This document shows, piece by piece, positions 9,001 through 19,129 of a stretch of DNA of 64,000 nucleotides. The notes under the pieces were generated by a model, which searched no databases, was not told where the DNA came from, and saw nothing but the letters and a program-made list of their open reading frames with translations. Within the stretch, counting starts at the first letter, position 1, and every line of letters starts with the position of its first letter. This stretch comes from Phormidium sp. Lineage in GTDB: Bacteria > Cyanobacteriota > Cyanobacteriia > Cyanobacteriales > Aerosakkonemataceae. The stretch lies in the NCBI GenBank assembly GCA_051013385.1, contig CP143273.1, forward strand, positions 1,216,001 through 1,280,000, in the 5' to 3' direction. The position numbers and the translations under genes were made by a program.

Positions 9001-9709
9001 CTGCCATGCGATCGGGCCCTGTTGCACAATTAAGACCTAAAATATCAATAGGGTAAGGTTGCAAAATTGTCAAAACTGCGCTGATGTCAGAACCTACCAG
9101 CATAGTTCCGGTTGTTTCCATTGTCACCGAAACCATGATCGGACGGCGATCGCCTTTTTTGCGAAACACCTCTTCAATGCCATTCAACGCCGCCTTAATT
9201 TGCAGGACATCTTGACAAGTTTCCACAATGAACAAGTCAACGCCACCATCAAAAAGCCCTTCCGCCTGTTCGGTAAAAGCGTTTTTCAATGTGTCAAAAT
9301 CAATATGTCCCAAAGTGGGTAACTTAGTTCCGGGACCCATTGAACCTGCAACAAAACGAGGTTTCTCTGGTGTAGAAAATTCGTTGGCGACACTTTTAGC
9401 AAGTTCAGCAGCAGTTTTGTTGAGATAGTACGCTTTATCCGCCAAATCATATTCTGCCAATACGACAGAAGTTCCGCCAAAAGTATCAGTTTCAATCACA
9501 TCCGCGCCAGCTGCGAGAAAGTCGGCGTGTACTTTAGCGACAGCTTCCGGTTTAGTGTGGACTAAATACTCATTACATCCCTCATATTCTGGCCCTCCAA
9601 AGTCGGCGGCGGTGAGGTTTTGCGTTTGTAAGTTGGTGCCCATTGCGCCATCGAAAACGATGACAGGGCGATCGGGACTGTGAAGACGTTGGAGGAAAGA
9701 ACTACTCAT
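6098..9709 (-). CDS. metH: Cobalamin-dependent methionine synthase
   Basis: [32 protein letters not shown] (B12 binding), [10 protein letters not shown]. Confidence 0.98.
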   Translation of the reverse strand: MSSSFLQRLHSPDRPVIVFDGAMGTNLQTQNLTAADFGGPEYEGCNEYLVHTKPEAVAKVHADFLAAGADVIETDTFGGTSVVLAEYDLADKAYYLNKTAAELAKSVANEFSTPEKPRFVAGSMGPGTKLPTLGHIDFDTLKNAFTEQAEGLFDGGVDLFIVETCQDVLQIKAALNGIEEVFRKKGDRRPIMVSVTMETTGTMLVGSDISAVLTILQPYPIDILGLNCATGPDRMAEHIKYLCQSSPFVVSCIPNAGLPENIGGHAHYKLTPIELRMALMKFIEDWGVQVIGGCCGTRPEHIAQLAEIGQTLQPKQRHFSYEHSAASIYTAQPYEQDNSFLIVGERLNASGSKKCRDLLNAEDWDGLVALAKAQVREGAHVLDVNVDYVGRDGVRDMRELASRLVTNVTLPLMLDSTEWEKMEAGLKVAGGKCILNSTNYEDGEERFFKVLELAKKYGAGVVIGTIDEEGMARTADKKFQIAQRAYRQAVEYGIPPEEIFFDTLALPISTGIEEDRENGKATIESIRRIREELPGCHVLLGVSNVSFGLNPAARVVLNSMFLHEAMAVGMDAAIVSASKILPLAKIEPEHQEVCRKLIYNQREFAGDVCVYDPLTVLTTLFEGKTTKRDRSEDANLPVEERLKRHIIDGERIGLEDALAKALEQYKPLEIINTFLLDGMKVVGELFGSGQMQLPFVLQSAETMKAAVAYLEPFMEKQESGNNSKGTVVIATVKGDVHDIGKNLVDIILSNNGYKVVNLGIKQPVDNIIDAYEQHKADCIAMSGLLVKSTAFMKENLEVFNEKGITVPVILGGAALTPKFVHEDCQNTYKGKVIYGKDAFADLHFMDKLMPAKVAGNWDDLKGFLDEGDGRQDAYPTREHPTREGKSAKSNGKVGSEEVKEVDTRRSEAVAVDIERPTPPFWGTQLLLSEEIPIEEVFGYLDLQALIAGQWQFRKPKEQSREEYDQFLDEKVYPILEYWKRRVVEENLLHPQLIYGYFPCQSQGNSLLVYDWATPPNPPVNRGEQENSLPVNGEGWGGVPIATFDFPRQKSGRRLCIADFFAPVEGGKVDVFPMQAVTVGNVATEFAQKLFADNQYTDYLYFHGLAVQTAEALAEWVHARIRRELGFAGEEPDNIRDILAQRYRGSRYSFGYPACPNMQDQYKQLELLGTERINLFMDESEQLYPEQSTTAIITYHPVAKYFTA

Positions 9710-9903
9710 AATATAAACTAAGAGGTTTGCCAGATTAAGATATAACGCTTAATCTATTTTGCAAAATTATTGAGTACAGGAGCAATAGCAAAAATGAATC
9801 TGCAAACACTCTCTCTTATGATAAAGAAAAAATGTGATCGCACAGAGCGATCACCGAAAAAATTGGCAGATGAAAAAAGATAGAAAGATATCGCCCTGTA
9901 ATA

Positions 9904-10143
9904 CTATTCAACCTTATGTGCTCTGCCAATGCTGGATTTAAGGCCATTTTTGGGATTGTTTATAGTCTCCCAATTATTCCCATTATGAGTGATTAAGACT
10001 TCCTGACCTGTAGTACAATCTATACTATAGTAGTACCACACAAAAAAGCGAGTACCAGTATTATTTTTTACTAGTGCCTTATAGTATGGGTATTCCAATC
10101 CAAATGTCTGAACGACTTGAAAGGACTCAGTTACAGTAGCCAT
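9904..10143 (-). CDS. Small hypothetical protein (79 aa), aromatic and beta-rich
   Basis: GAGGG RBS before the ATG; downstream of the 82-aa gene on the same strand. Confidence 0.7.
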   Translation of the reverse strand: MATVTESFQVVQTFGLEYPYYKALVKNNTGTRFFVWYYYSIDCTTGQEVLITHNGNNWETINNPKNGLKSSIGRAHKVE

Positions 10144-10231
10144 CAGATTACCCTCTTGGAAATTAAGTTTTGTTTTTTCTGAATTAACGAAGATTTACCT
10201 TCCCCAGAATTACTCTTGGAGTGGGTGCTAA

Positions 10232-10280
10232 AGAAACTGCCGAAGTGATGAACTAGGGTCTGCTATCTTCGGCAGTTTCT
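10232..10280 (-). terminator. Perfect 14-bp stem hairpin downstream of the 82-aa gene
   Basis: AGAAACTGCCGAAG (10232-10245) / CTTCGGCAGTTTCT (10267-10280), 21-nt loop. Confidence 0.6.
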
Positions 10281-10291
10281 CTACTGAGAAC

Positions 10292-10540
10292 TTATATCAC
10301 TGTTCGGTTCTTGTTGTACCGCCAGAGCCACCACAGCCCTATACCTGCGCCAGCGGAAAGAGCGACTATAGCTACAAAAGGTGCAACAGCAACTGCTGTC
10401 GCTGTTGCCCCACTGCTAGTAATAGTTACGACACCAACACCGTTTGTGGCTGTTGCCAATATGCTTGCTCCTGCGGAAGCGGCGTTAGCAATAGAAACTG
10501 CCGCGCCACTATTATTAGCAAGATTTGTCATCTTAGTCAT
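10292..10540 (-). CDS. Small Ala/Gly/Thr/Ser-rich protein (82 aa) with a C-terminal transmembrane helix and basic tail
   Basis: AGGGAG RBS; no acidic residues; APFVAIVALSAGAGIGLWWLWRYNKNR. Confidence 0.75.
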   Translation of the reverse strand: MTKMTNLANNSGAAVSIANAASAGASILATATNGVGVVTITSSGATATAVAVAPFVAIVALSAGAGIGLWWLWRYNKNRTVI

Positions 10541-10653
10541 GGTATTAATCTCCCTATTTTAATAGGCGAAATTGTTATTGAAAAGCCAGTTAATTTAGTA
10601 TCAATTAACTTAAAACTTTCCCTTTTAATATAGCGATTAACTTTTAGTTTAAA

Positions 10654-10744
10654 GTTAACTTTCGTTAGAATTTATCGTTAAGGAATATTAGAAATTATAT
10701 TAAAATTTTTGTTAGCAATTCGTTAACTGTTAGCAGAACGTTAC
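10654..10744. promoter_or_regulatory. Helically phased (G/A)TTA motif array, putative operator
   Basis: Motifs at 10654, 10664, 10677, 10687, 10699, 10711, 10722, 10729, 10740. Confidence 0.5.
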
Positions 10745-10877
10745 AGGAGGCTACCAATCTAACACAGAACATTTGGATAAAAAGACAAGTAAAACAACCT
10801 ACCTATCTGCTTTCTATGCAAATTTATACCGAAGCGGGATTATACTATGGTTAATACCTTTGAGACATCGCACAACT

Positions 10878-13319
10878 ATGATGGATGAGAAACAAGAGGA
10901 GCCATTCTCTGAGGCTAAAAAAGATTGGCAACTAGAATCTTTGTATAAGGATTTAGCACAAACCCAAGCCAGAAAAGGAAAAGGGCTTAGAGAAACGGAG
11001 AAGGAGTTTTTGAGAGGACTACTTGTTGGCAAATGTCCAAAAAATATAGCTGAGAAGGTATACGCCGGATCAGGCTCGGTCAGAGTGACCCTCTCTAGGG
11101 ATGTGTACCCAGCGATCAAAGAAATATGTGATTTAGAGAAAGACGCAGATATAAGATGGAATTATATACCTAGCTTGTTGGAAAAAAAGTACAGACAAAC
11201 CCAAAGATTAGTAGGGGCAATCTCTACTACGCAAAAAGATGAGGAAGCAATAGAAATATCGGACAATAGTTCAGAGGTAACAACATCCAAAAATCCTAAC
11301 TTTGTCGGCAGAGAAGACGCGATCGCAGACCTCAACAGACTCCGCCAAGAAGGTGCAAAAGTGATTGTTATCCAAGGTAAGGGCGGTGTTGGTAAAACAA
11401 CTTTGGCCGATCGATTTTTGCACACGCAAGGCTTTGATTTAGTTCTGACTCTTCGGATGGCAAAGGAAAAGGAACATATCCCTGCTGTGGAGAGCGTGAT
11501 TGAAGGATGGCTTAGGCAGGCGCAGAAAGAACCCGGACAAGAGTTTTGGGAGATGCGGAGGCGGCTGGAAGAACTACTTCAAACTCGCAGAGTTGGAGTG
11601 TTGATCGATAACCTCGAACCCGCGCTTGATAGAGAAGGTAGGTTTATTGAACCTCATGACCTTTATGCAGATTTGTTGTCTGTTTTGGCGGCTTCAACCA
11701 AGCAGTCAGTCACGCTAATTACCAGCCGTGCTCGCTTATGTGACGAGCGTGTAGAAAATATTGAGCATTATCTTTTGCCCGGATTAGACGTGCAGGCATG
11801 GCAACAGTTTTTTAGCAGCCGCAACATTAAAATAGATGCTCGGACTTTGGAGAAGATGCAAGAGGTTTATGGAGGTAATGCCAAAGCAATGGGTATTCTC
11901 TGCGGTGCTATTCGGCAGGACTTTGATAGAGACATGGCAGCTTATTGGCAACAAAATAGCTGCGATCCATTGGTTAAAAAAGACTTAAAAAATTTAGTCA
12001 CCCAACAGTTCAACCGTCTGCAAGAAATTGACCCCGAAGCTTATAAGCTCCTATGTCGTCTAGGATGTTTTAGGTATCAAGACGTGCGGAAAGTTACGTT
12101 TGAGGGATTGTTGTGTTTACTGTGGGATGTAGCAGAATTGCACCCTGAACGCATCATAGAATCATTGCGAAATCGGTCTTTAGTAGAGTGCCAAAATGGA
12201 GAGTATTGGCTGCATCCAGTGATTCAAACAGAGGCAATAGATAGAATTAAAAATAATCAAGAAGAATGGGAAAAAGTAAACTGCACCGCAGCCGATTATT
12301 GGACTAGAAGCGTTGAAACCGTTGAAACGGACGAACAGGCAACAAGAGCATTAGAATCTTATTATCATTATGTACAAATAGGCCAATTTGACTTGGCTGC
12401 TGAGGTAATCTTAAACCCAAGAAAAAATAGATTTATTGAATGGGAAAAGGAATTACTTGGCCAATCACTTTACAGATTGGGCGCATTAGAAAAAGTTACT
12501 ACTCTAATTGAAAATATTATTCAAAAGTCCGAAAAAATCGATACCATTTCTTTAGGTAGAGTTTATTACATACTAGGTGCAGTGTTTATCTTAAGAGGCA
12601 AGCTTAAAGAAGCGATGGAATATTTTTCTAAGGCTGAAATAATAGCAAATGAAAATAAATTTAAGGAATTAATCATAGATGCTGGGATTACAATTGGTTT
12701 TTGCTGGAAATATATGGGCGAACTAGAACTAGCTAGAGAAAAGTTCCACCAAGTTTTAGAAATCATTAGCGAAGCTAGTAATTATCGTGGAGACACAGTA
12801 TGCTGCTGGTGTTTATTGGCCTTTTTGTATTCATCATTGAATAATGAAGGATCAGCACGTAGCTTTGCCAACTTAGCTGAGCTAGCGTTCGATCAAGTGA
12901 TTCATAGAACTGTATATAGAAAAGGTTCTGCACTTTTGTACTTAGGCACAGCTTATAAAAATTTAAGAGATTTTGAAAAAGCATCAAAAAAGTATAAAAT
13001 GGCAGAAAAATTTGCAGAAGAGGCCAACTGCAAACAAATAATAGCTAAAGCTTTAAATGGCTTAGCAGAAATTGAGCGAGAACAAGAAGACTTTGAAAAA
13101 GCACTTTCAAAGCACAAAAACGCCATAGATATCGCTCAAGAAATATATGCAACAGGTGATCTAGCTGAATCTTACTATCAACAGGGGTTAACTTACCAAA
13201 AAATGGGTAATTTAGAGCAAAGTAGGAAAGATTTTGAATATGCAATTAAACTATATCAGAAAATGGACGTTCCTAAGCAACTTGAGAAAGTGCAACAAGC
13301 AATGGAAATGGGAGTATGA
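10878..13319 (+). CDS. HTH - STAND (NB-ARC-like) ATPase - TPR protein
   Basis: N-terminal HTH, Walker A GKGGVGKT, Walker B VLIDNLE, LITSR, GGNAKA, LHPVI, C-terminal TPRs; ATG 10878 preferred over TTG 10773 (TATACT box at 10841). Confidence 0.9.
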   Translation: MMDEKQEEPFSEAKKDWQLESLYKDLAQTQARKGKGLRETEKEFLRGLLVGKCPKNIAEKVYAGSGSVRVTLSRDVYPAIKEICDLEKDADIRWNYIPSLLEKKYRQTQRLVGAISTTQKDEEAIEISDNSSEVTTSKNPNFVGREDAIADLNRLRQEGAKVIVIQGKGGVGKTTLADRFLHTQGFDLVLTLRMAKEKEHIPAVESVIEGWLRQAQKEPGQEFWEMRRRLEELLQTRRVGVLIDNLEPALDREGRFIEPHDLYADLLSVLAASTKQSVTLITSRARLCDERVENIEHYLLPGLDVQAWQQFFSSRNIKIDARTLEKMQEVYGGNAKAMGILCGAIRQDFDRDMAAYWQQNSCDPLVKKDLKNLVTQQFNRLQEIDPEAYKLLCRLGCFRYQDVRKVTFEGLLCLLWDVAELHPERIIESLRNRSLVECQNGEYWLHPVIQTEAIDRIKNNQEEWEKVNCTAADYWTRSVETVETDEQATRALESYYHYVQIGQFDLAAEVILNPRKNRFIEWEKELLGQSLYRLGALEKVTTLIENIIQKSEKIDTISLGRVYYILGAVFILRGKLKEAMEYFSKAEIIANENKFKELIIDAGITIGFCWKYMGELELAREKFHQVLEIISEASNYRGDTVCCWCLLAFLYSSLNNEGSARSFANLAELAFDQVIHRTVYRKGSALLYLGTAYKNLRDFEKASKKYKMAEKFAEEANCKQIIAKALNGLAEIEREQEDFEKALSKHKNAIDIAQEIYATGDLAESYYQQGLTYQKMGNLEQSRKDFEYAIKLYQKMDVPKQLEKVQQAMEMGV

Positions 13320-13464
13320 GCAGTTGCGATCGCATTTTCCCAATTTCTAGCGGTAATCTTGTTAAATACTTTAGTCGTTAACAAGACTGCAATATTATAA
13401 AATTTACAAAAAAGAGCGATCATAAGATCGCTCTTTCCCCAAAAAATCATCAACAAAAAACCGA

Positions 13465-14451
13465 TTAATTAACTTTAGCTACAGCAGCTAACATCTCCTT
13501 CGCTTGGTGAACATTTTGGCGCACAGATTCCGCTGAAATATGCAAAGCCGAAAGTTCTGCTTCTGTGAGATTCAACTCCACAATACTTTCCACACCTGCA
13601 CATCCCAAACGGCAAGGAACGCCAATATAAATGTCATTTAAACCATATTCACCTTGCAGATAAGCGCAAGCGGGAACTACACGCGACTGGTTATACAAAA
13701 TTGACTCTACCATTAAACAAGTAGCAGAAGCCGGAGCAAAATATGCACTTCCAGTTCGCATTAATTCCACAATTTCTGCGCCGCCGTTGCGCGTTCTTTT
13801 AATTAACCGTTCAATGGTTTCTGGCTCCATGATTTCGGTAATTGGCACGCCACTAACGGTAGAATAGCGAGGTAAAGGAACCATTAAATCCCCGTGTCCT
13901 CCTAATACCGTTGTGGTAATATTAGTAATGGCAACTCCTAACTCCATTGCGATAAAAGTTTGGAATCTGGCTGAATCTAAAACTCCTGCCATTCCCATTA
14001 CTCGACGACTAGGAAGTCCACTAGCTTGCCATGCCAAATAAGTCATCACATCTAGGGGATTGGTGACTACAATCAAAATGGCGTTTGGGGAATGTGCGAT
14101 CGCTCTTTGCGTCGCTTCCACTACAATTTGAGCATTAGTTCGCATCAAATCATCACGAGTCATCCCCGGTTTGCGCGGAATTCCCGCAGTAATCACCACA
14201 ACATCGGAATTTGCCGTATCTGCGTAATCATTCGTGCCAATAATTTCACAGTCGTGCTGTTCTAAACCCCTCGCTTGGGTTAAATCTAACGCAATACCTT
14301 GAGGCATCCCCGCCACTATATCCAGCAACACCACATCCGCTAAATTTTTCTCAGCAATGCGCTGCGCCAGAGTACTACCAACTTTACCCGCACCAATAAC
14401 GGTGACACGAGTAGAAGCGCAAAGAGGCAGGGAGGAAGAAAATTTAATCAT
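13465..14451 (-). CDS. mdh: Malate dehydrogenase
   Basis: [33 protein letters not shown]. Confidence 0.95.
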   Translation of the reverse strand: MIKFSSSLPLCASTRVTVIGAGKVGSTLAQRIAEKNLADVVLLDIVAGMPQGIALDLTQARGLEQHDCEIIGTNDYADTANSDVVVITAGIPRKPGMTRDDLMRTNAQIVVEATQRAIAHSPNAILIVVTNPLDVMTYLAWQASGLPSRRVMGMAGVLDSARFQTFIAMELGVAITNITTTVLGGHGDLMVPLPRYSTVSGVPITEIMEPETIERLIKRTRNGGAEIVELMRTGSAYFAPASATCLMVESILYNQSRVVPACAYLQGEYGLNDIYIGVPCRLGCAGVESIVELNLTEAELSALHISAESVRQNVHQAKEMLAAVAKVN

Positions 14452-14663
14452 TTTGCAGATTCTAGCTGATCTAAACGCAGCCAGATATTAGGGGTGGGTA
14501 CTTGCCCGAACTTCACTAGAGCATAATCGTTTCGTAAGTCTACAACTTCCCCTTTAGTTTCAAACATATAACTGGGAAAGCGAGTATCACTAGCTTTCGC
14601 TTCTAGACTATTCTCTAATTTTTCCCGGACGGCGTAGACTAAATCACCTTTTTTGATTGCCAT
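14448..14663 (-). CDS. ndhO: NDH-1 subunit O
   Basis: MAIKKGDLV...[14 protein letters not shown]...[14 protein letters not shown]. Confidence 0.95.
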   Translation of the reverse strand: MAIKKGDLVYAVREKLENSLEAKASDTRFPSYMFETKGEVVDLRNDYALVKFGQVPTPNIWLRLDQLESAK

Positions 14664-14779
14664 AATTTGCTCGCTTTGTCTCTGAGTCTCTTATATAAAG
14701 AATTATCAGCTACAGCAAGCATCTGTCACAAGTTATAGGCAAGGTTTTGGATTTTAGATTGAGAAGCGATATTGTTTTA

Positions 14780-14959
14780 CTCACATCTTGCACCTGTCGT
14801 TTTAGCCCACCCGGAAATCAATTTCCGGGCTAATAGCTTAAGTCCATTAAAATGGACTGAAAGCCTTTGACTCTAAGCATTTAGTCCTCTGAAGAGGACT
14901 TTCGCTATTAGCCTGCGAATTGATTCGCAGGCGGATGTTGGGACTAATGCAAGATTTGA
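14780..14959. mobile_element. MITE/REP-composite non-autonomous element
   Basis: Imperfect terminal inverted repeats TCACATCTTGCA / TGCAAGATTTGA enclosing four hairpins in mirror arrangement. Confidence 0.65.
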
Positions 14960-14998
14960 ATTGTACCAACTCCCCATTACCCATTACCCACTACCACT

Positions 14999-15835
14999 TT
15001 AACTTTGACATTCTGGGCAAAAATGGGATGATCGTCCCGCTAATCTTATTCTTCCCAAAACACTGCCACAAATTTTACATGGTTCACCATTTCGGTTATA
15101 AACCCAAGCTACCCCACCATAGTTTCCGTTGATCCCCTGTACATTGAGGAAATTACTAAAAGTAGTTCCTCCCGCCTCTATACTCGTTTGCAAAACTTGG
15201 ATTATCGCCTCGCGCAACCGAGAAATTTGCTCTTTACTCAAGGCTGTACACAAAGTCGTAGGGCTAATTTTACTGAAAAACAAGGCTTCATCGGCGTAAA
15301 TATTGCCAATCCCAGCGATCAACTCTTGATCTAACAAGGCAGTTTTAATCGGTCGTCGGCGATTTTTCAGCTTTTCTACTAAATACTCTACAGAAAATTC
15401 TGGGTCAAAGGGATCGGGCCCAAGTTTTTTTACCCCGGAAATTACGCTTTCTGGAGTTTCGTTGGCTGGTATCCACCACATTTTCCCGAAAGTCCGCTGA
15501 TCTACAAAACGTAATTCTTGATTTTGGGCAAAAAACAGTCTGACTCTGGTGTGTTTCTGCAAAGGTTCATCTTGCTTTAACCATAATAATTGCCCAGTCA
15601 TTCGCAAATGAACGCCTAACCAACCAAAACCCGGACTTAGTTCAGCTAATAAATATTTGCCCTTTCGGTGCCATTGAATTATTTTACTGCCCTTTAATCC
15701 GGCTAAGAAATTATTAATTGAGGAGGGATGAGCGATCGTCCTCGCCAATAACACATCTCCCCCCTCGATTTGCTGATTTTGGGTCAATTCATTTAGACCC
15801 CTTTTTACTGTTTCAACTTCAGGCAGTTCTGGCAC
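14999..15835 (-). CDS. mutM: Formamidopyrimidine-DNA glycosylase
   Basis: MPELPEVE, HLRMTG, GIGNIYADE, C-terminal zinc finger. Confidence 0.97.
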   Translation of the reverse strand: MPELPEVETVKRGLNELTQNQQIEGGDVLLARTIAHPSSINNFLAGLKGSKIIQWHRKGKYLLAELSPGFGWLGVHLRMTGQLLWLKQDEPLQKHTRVRLFFAQNQELRFVDQRTFGKMWWIPANETPESVISGVKKLGPDPFDPEFSVEYLVEKLKNRRRPIKTALLDQELIAGIGNIYADEALFFSKISPTTLCTALSKEQISRLREAIIQVLQTSIEAGGTTFSNFLNVQGINGNYGGVAWVYNRNGEPCKICGSVLGRIRLAGRSSHFCPECQS

Positions 15836-15838
15836 AAT

Positions 15839-16210
15839 TTAACGCTTTTCTGTTCCTTGATTTCCGCCGCCTTCTACTAGAGGATCGCCACTTCCTGATT
15901 CTTGTTCAGCAGTCCGCTTACCACTAGTAGGAGTAGCAACACTGGTTTTACGCTTGCTTTCATCGATCGGCGTTGAGTAAGCTGCCGATTTCATGTCTTT
16001 TCTGGATTCAATTTCTGACGGTGGAACCTGTATCAATTCGCTTTCGGCAAAATTGTTAGTGTTCACACCTGCATAATTGATCCGTTCAAAGCGAACAATC
16101 ACAGGATATTTTATCCCACTTTGATCCACTGTAGCAACTGTACCGACATCTTGAAACCAGTAAGATTCTTTCCGCATTATTCTTACTCGATCGCCACGTT
16201 TAATAGCCAT
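15839..16210 (-). CDS. psaE: Photosystem I subunit IV paralogue with a ~60-aa low-complexity C-terminal extension
   Basis: [41 protein letters not shown]...[11 protein letters not shown] then a hydrophilic tail; ATG 16210. Confidence 0.88.
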   Translation of the reverse strand: MAIKRGDRVRIMRKESYWFQDVGTVATVDQSGIKYPVIVRFERINYAGVNTNNFAESELIQVPPSEIESRKDMKSAAYSTPIDESKRKTSVATPTSGKRTAEQESGSGDPLVEGGGNQGTEKR

Positions 16211-16654
16211 GAAACTTTTTCCTTTAACACAGTGTATATTCAAACTTACTGGCTGAGTAATTGGTAACAATAGTACCTAAAGATAGAGGTGACTTTCATA
16301 CTGTAGATAGATCTTCTAATTAGGATTAAATCTTAGGATTAAGTTACTTTTAGGGCTGCTATCAGACTTTTCCTTTAGTCGTTGTTGCTCTCACAGGAAG
16401 TGCTTTTGATTGCTTAAATAGGGCTGCTACAGTAAAGAGGGTAAAACTGTATTAATTACCTAATAAGTTTCACCCTCTCCTACCGATTGAGTCAATTTTG
16501 CAGACTGGATTAATTGATTTTTCGTCTAGGCAGGGTAGCAGAAATCACTAATCCGTTGAAAAAAGGTAAAAAGGTGAACAGACCAGCCTTTTTTCCTCCT
16601 GCTTTCTTGCATTAGACAGTTTCGCTGTCCCAAACTAAACTCAGCTAACCTTGA

Positions 16655-16900
16655 TTACTTAGCAGCTGCTTTAGCTTTGGGTGCTGGTGATTCAACTTCC
16701 TCTAGTTCGCTGAGGGCAAAGTTATTGGTGTTAACGCCACCAGAGTTGCCACTGTAGCCGTTGTAGTTAACTTTCTCGAAGCGAACAATTACTGGAAATT
16801 TGATTCCACTTTGGTCGATGGAAGCAACAGTCCCAATGTCTTGATACCAGTAGGACTCTTTACGGAGAACTCGTACCTTAGATCCACGTTGAATCGCCAT
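16655..16900 (-). CDS. psaE: Photosystem I subunit IV
   Basis: [32 protein letters not shown]...[13 protein letters not shown] 16900. Confidence 0.96.
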   Translation of the reverse strand: MAIQRGSKVRVLRKESYWYQDIGTVASIDQSGIKFPVIVRFEKVNYNGYSGNSGGVNTNNFALSELEEVESPAPKAKAAAK

Positions 16901-17196
16901 ATTTGTGTTTTCCCTTTCGAGATAATGCAAATGATTGCCTAATTGCTTTTCAGAGTACTACTCCAGAGGTACTTCCCGTAAGCTACTGGATTTTAAGTTT
17001 TGTTAATAATCTCGCCACTGTAGGCGAACGAAAAGGGCTGTATTTCCCGCTGTTAGGGGATTACAGGGAATGTTTGCGATCGCCAAATTGTTTAAACTGT
17101 AAATCATCCTCCTTTGGAAAAGCACAAGGAAAGGGAAATAACTCACCACTTATTCCCCTTTCCCCATTCCCCATGCCCTGTTGCCTTTCTTAGTGT

Positions 17197-17469
17197 TTAA
17201 ATAGCTTCATCCCCTGGCGGTGGCAAAATGCAACAGTTGACTTCATCAATACACACTTTACCCCACTGCAAAGCCCAACGTACCAGTGCTACCCGGTTTT
17301 CGGTTTTGGTCTTCTCCAGGATGTTGCTAATGTGATTATCAACCGTCCGCTTGCTGATTTGCAGCTTTTCGGCTATTTTCTCATTAGTTAAGCCATCGGC
17401 GACTAACTCTATGATTTGTAATTCTCTATCGGAGAGAGACGCATCAGTTCCAGATACCGGACTAGTCAT
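17197..17469 (-). CDS. pedR: Small LuxR-type redox-responsive regulator PedR
   Basis: LSDRELQII...ISKRTVDNHISNIL...WGKVCIDEVNCC. Confidence 0.9.
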   Translation of the reverse strand: MTSPVSGTDASLSDRELQIIELVADGLTNEKIAEKLQISKRTVDNHISNILEKTKTENRVALVRWALQWGKVCIDEVNCCILPPPGDEAI

Positions 17470-17578
17470 AATGGATTCCTATACCCTGTAAATCTACCTA
17501 TGACAATTTTAGAATACTCTACGATTCGCTTTTTTTGCCTTGGTTATCGATCGTCAGAAGTTTAGGGAAAATAGCGCT

Positions 17579-18550
17579 ATGAGTGATACTCAAGTTCTCT
17601 GTATTGGTGAAGTGTTATTTGATTGTTTAGCAGATAAACCAGGAAAATCTCTACTAGAAGTGGAGTCTTGGACTGCTTACCCCGGAGGTGCGCCAGCAAA
17701 TGTGGCTTGTGCTTTAGTAAAATTGGGGACAGCTGCGGGTTTTGTTGGTTGTGTGGGTGAAGATGAACCGGGAAATTCTTTGGTTGAGTTGTTTCAAGAA
17801 ATTGGTGTGGATGTAACGGGAATTCAACGTCATCCCAAAGCACCAACGAGACAAGTTTATGTGTTACGCTCGCTAAGTGGCGATCGCGAATTTGCAGGTT
17901 TCGGTGATTTAGATACGGGAGATTTCGCTGATACTAAGTTAAGAGTTTCTCAGTTACCGGAAACTCTATTTCAAAATGTGAGCTTTTTGGTTTCGGGAAC
18001 TTTGGAGTTAGCTTATCCCCAAAGTCGGGAAGCGATCGAAAAAGCCGTAGAACTCGCCAAGCAAAATCATGTTAAAGTGTTCGTAGATGTAAACTGGCGA
18101 CCAGTTTTTTGGCCTAACCCAGACCTCGCCCCTGGAGTCATTTTAAAGTTTTTACAACAAGCAGATTTTCTCAAGCTTTCTGATGAAGAAGCTCAATGGT
18201 TGTTTAATACTACTGATGCTAGTGCGATCGCAAAACAACTACCACATTTACAAGGCATTTTAATCACTGCTGGCGAAGCAGGTTGTAGTTATTATTTAGC
18301 ACATAATTCCGGCAAAATCCCCGCTTTTCCCGTCAATGTTGTCGATACAACTGGCGCAGGCGATAGCTTCGTTGCCGGATTTATTCATCAATTATGTCAA
18401 CAGGGAATTGAAGCTTTAACTGATGCCGAAACAGCAAAAAATGTGCTAAGGTACGCTAGTGCAGTTGGAGCAATGACGACCATGAAAGCTGGTGCGATCG
18501 CTGCTCAACCCACACCAACAGAAGTAGAAGAATTTCTCCGTCTACATTAG
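17579..18550 (+). CDS. PfkB family carbohydrate kinase (fructokinase-like)
   Basis: GGAPANVA, DVNWRP, DTTGAGDSF. Confidence 0.92.
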   Translation: MSDTQVLCIGEVLFDCLADKPGKSLLEVESWTAYPGGAPANVACALVKLGTAAGFVGCVGEDEPGNSLVELFQEIGVDVTGIQRHPKAPTRQVYVLRSLSGDREFAGFGDLDTGDFADTKLRVSQLPETLFQNVSFLVSGTLELAYPQSREAIEKAVELAKQNHVKVFVDVNWRPVFWPNPDLAPGVILKFLQQADFLKLSDEEAQWLFNTTDASAIAKQLPHLQGILITAGEAGCSYYLAHNSGKIPAFPVNVVDTTGAGDSFVAGFIHQLCQQGIEALTDAETAKNVLRYASAVGAMTTMKAGAIAAQPTPTEVEEFLRLH

Positions 18551-18658
18551 TTTCTTCTCTTTCCTTCTCTTTCCTTCGCGCTCTTCGCGTCTTACGTGCT
18601 ACGCACACGCTACGCGAACGCGGTTCAAAAAAATCTTAAATCTTCAGGAGTGTTGTTA

Positions 18659-19096
18659 ATGATTCCAGAAATTAGCCAGAAACTTTTAGCTGCCAAAAAA
18701 GCCAAAGGTATCAGCTTTGCCGATCTAGAAAAGATTTTAGGAAGAGATGAAGTTTGGATAGCAGCGGTGATTTATCGTCAAGCAAGTGCTTCCGAAGAAG
18801 AAGCAAAACAACTAATTGATGCTTTAGGAGTTGAGCAATTTTATGCTCAAGAATTAACTGAACCTTCGGTTAAAGGTTTAGGCCCTGTAGTTCCCACCGA
18901 TCCTTTAATATATCGCTTTTATGAAATTATGCAAGTTTATGGAATGCCAATTAAAGAAGTGATTCATGAAAAGTTTGGGGATGGGATTATGAGTGCGATC
19001 GACTTTACTTTAGATGTGGAAAAGGAAGAAGATCCAAAAGGCGACAGGGTAAAAGTTATTATGAATGGTAAGTTTTTACCTTATAAAAAATGGTAA
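18659..19096 (+). CDS. cynS: Cyanase
   Basis: [33 protein letters not shown]; start ATG 18659. Confidence 0.96.
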   Translation: MIPEISQKLLAAKKAKGISFADLEKILGRDEVWIAAVIYRQASASEEEAKQLIDALGVEQFYAQELTEPSVKGLGPVVPTDPLIYRFYEIMQVYGMPIKEVIHEKFGDGIMSAIDFTLDVEKEEDPKGDRVKVIMNGKFLPYKKW

Positions 19097-19129
19097 ACTA
19101 AAGGGTGAGTATTACTCACCTTTTAGTGA

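Noticed and set aside
6359..9495. Many short ORFs overlapping metH (and similar ones inside other long genes)
   Set aside because: Antisense or alternate-frame shadows of well-supported CDSs
10311..10562. 83-aa plus-strand ORF
   Set aside because: Antisense shadow of the 82-aa gene, which has the RBS and downstream hairpin
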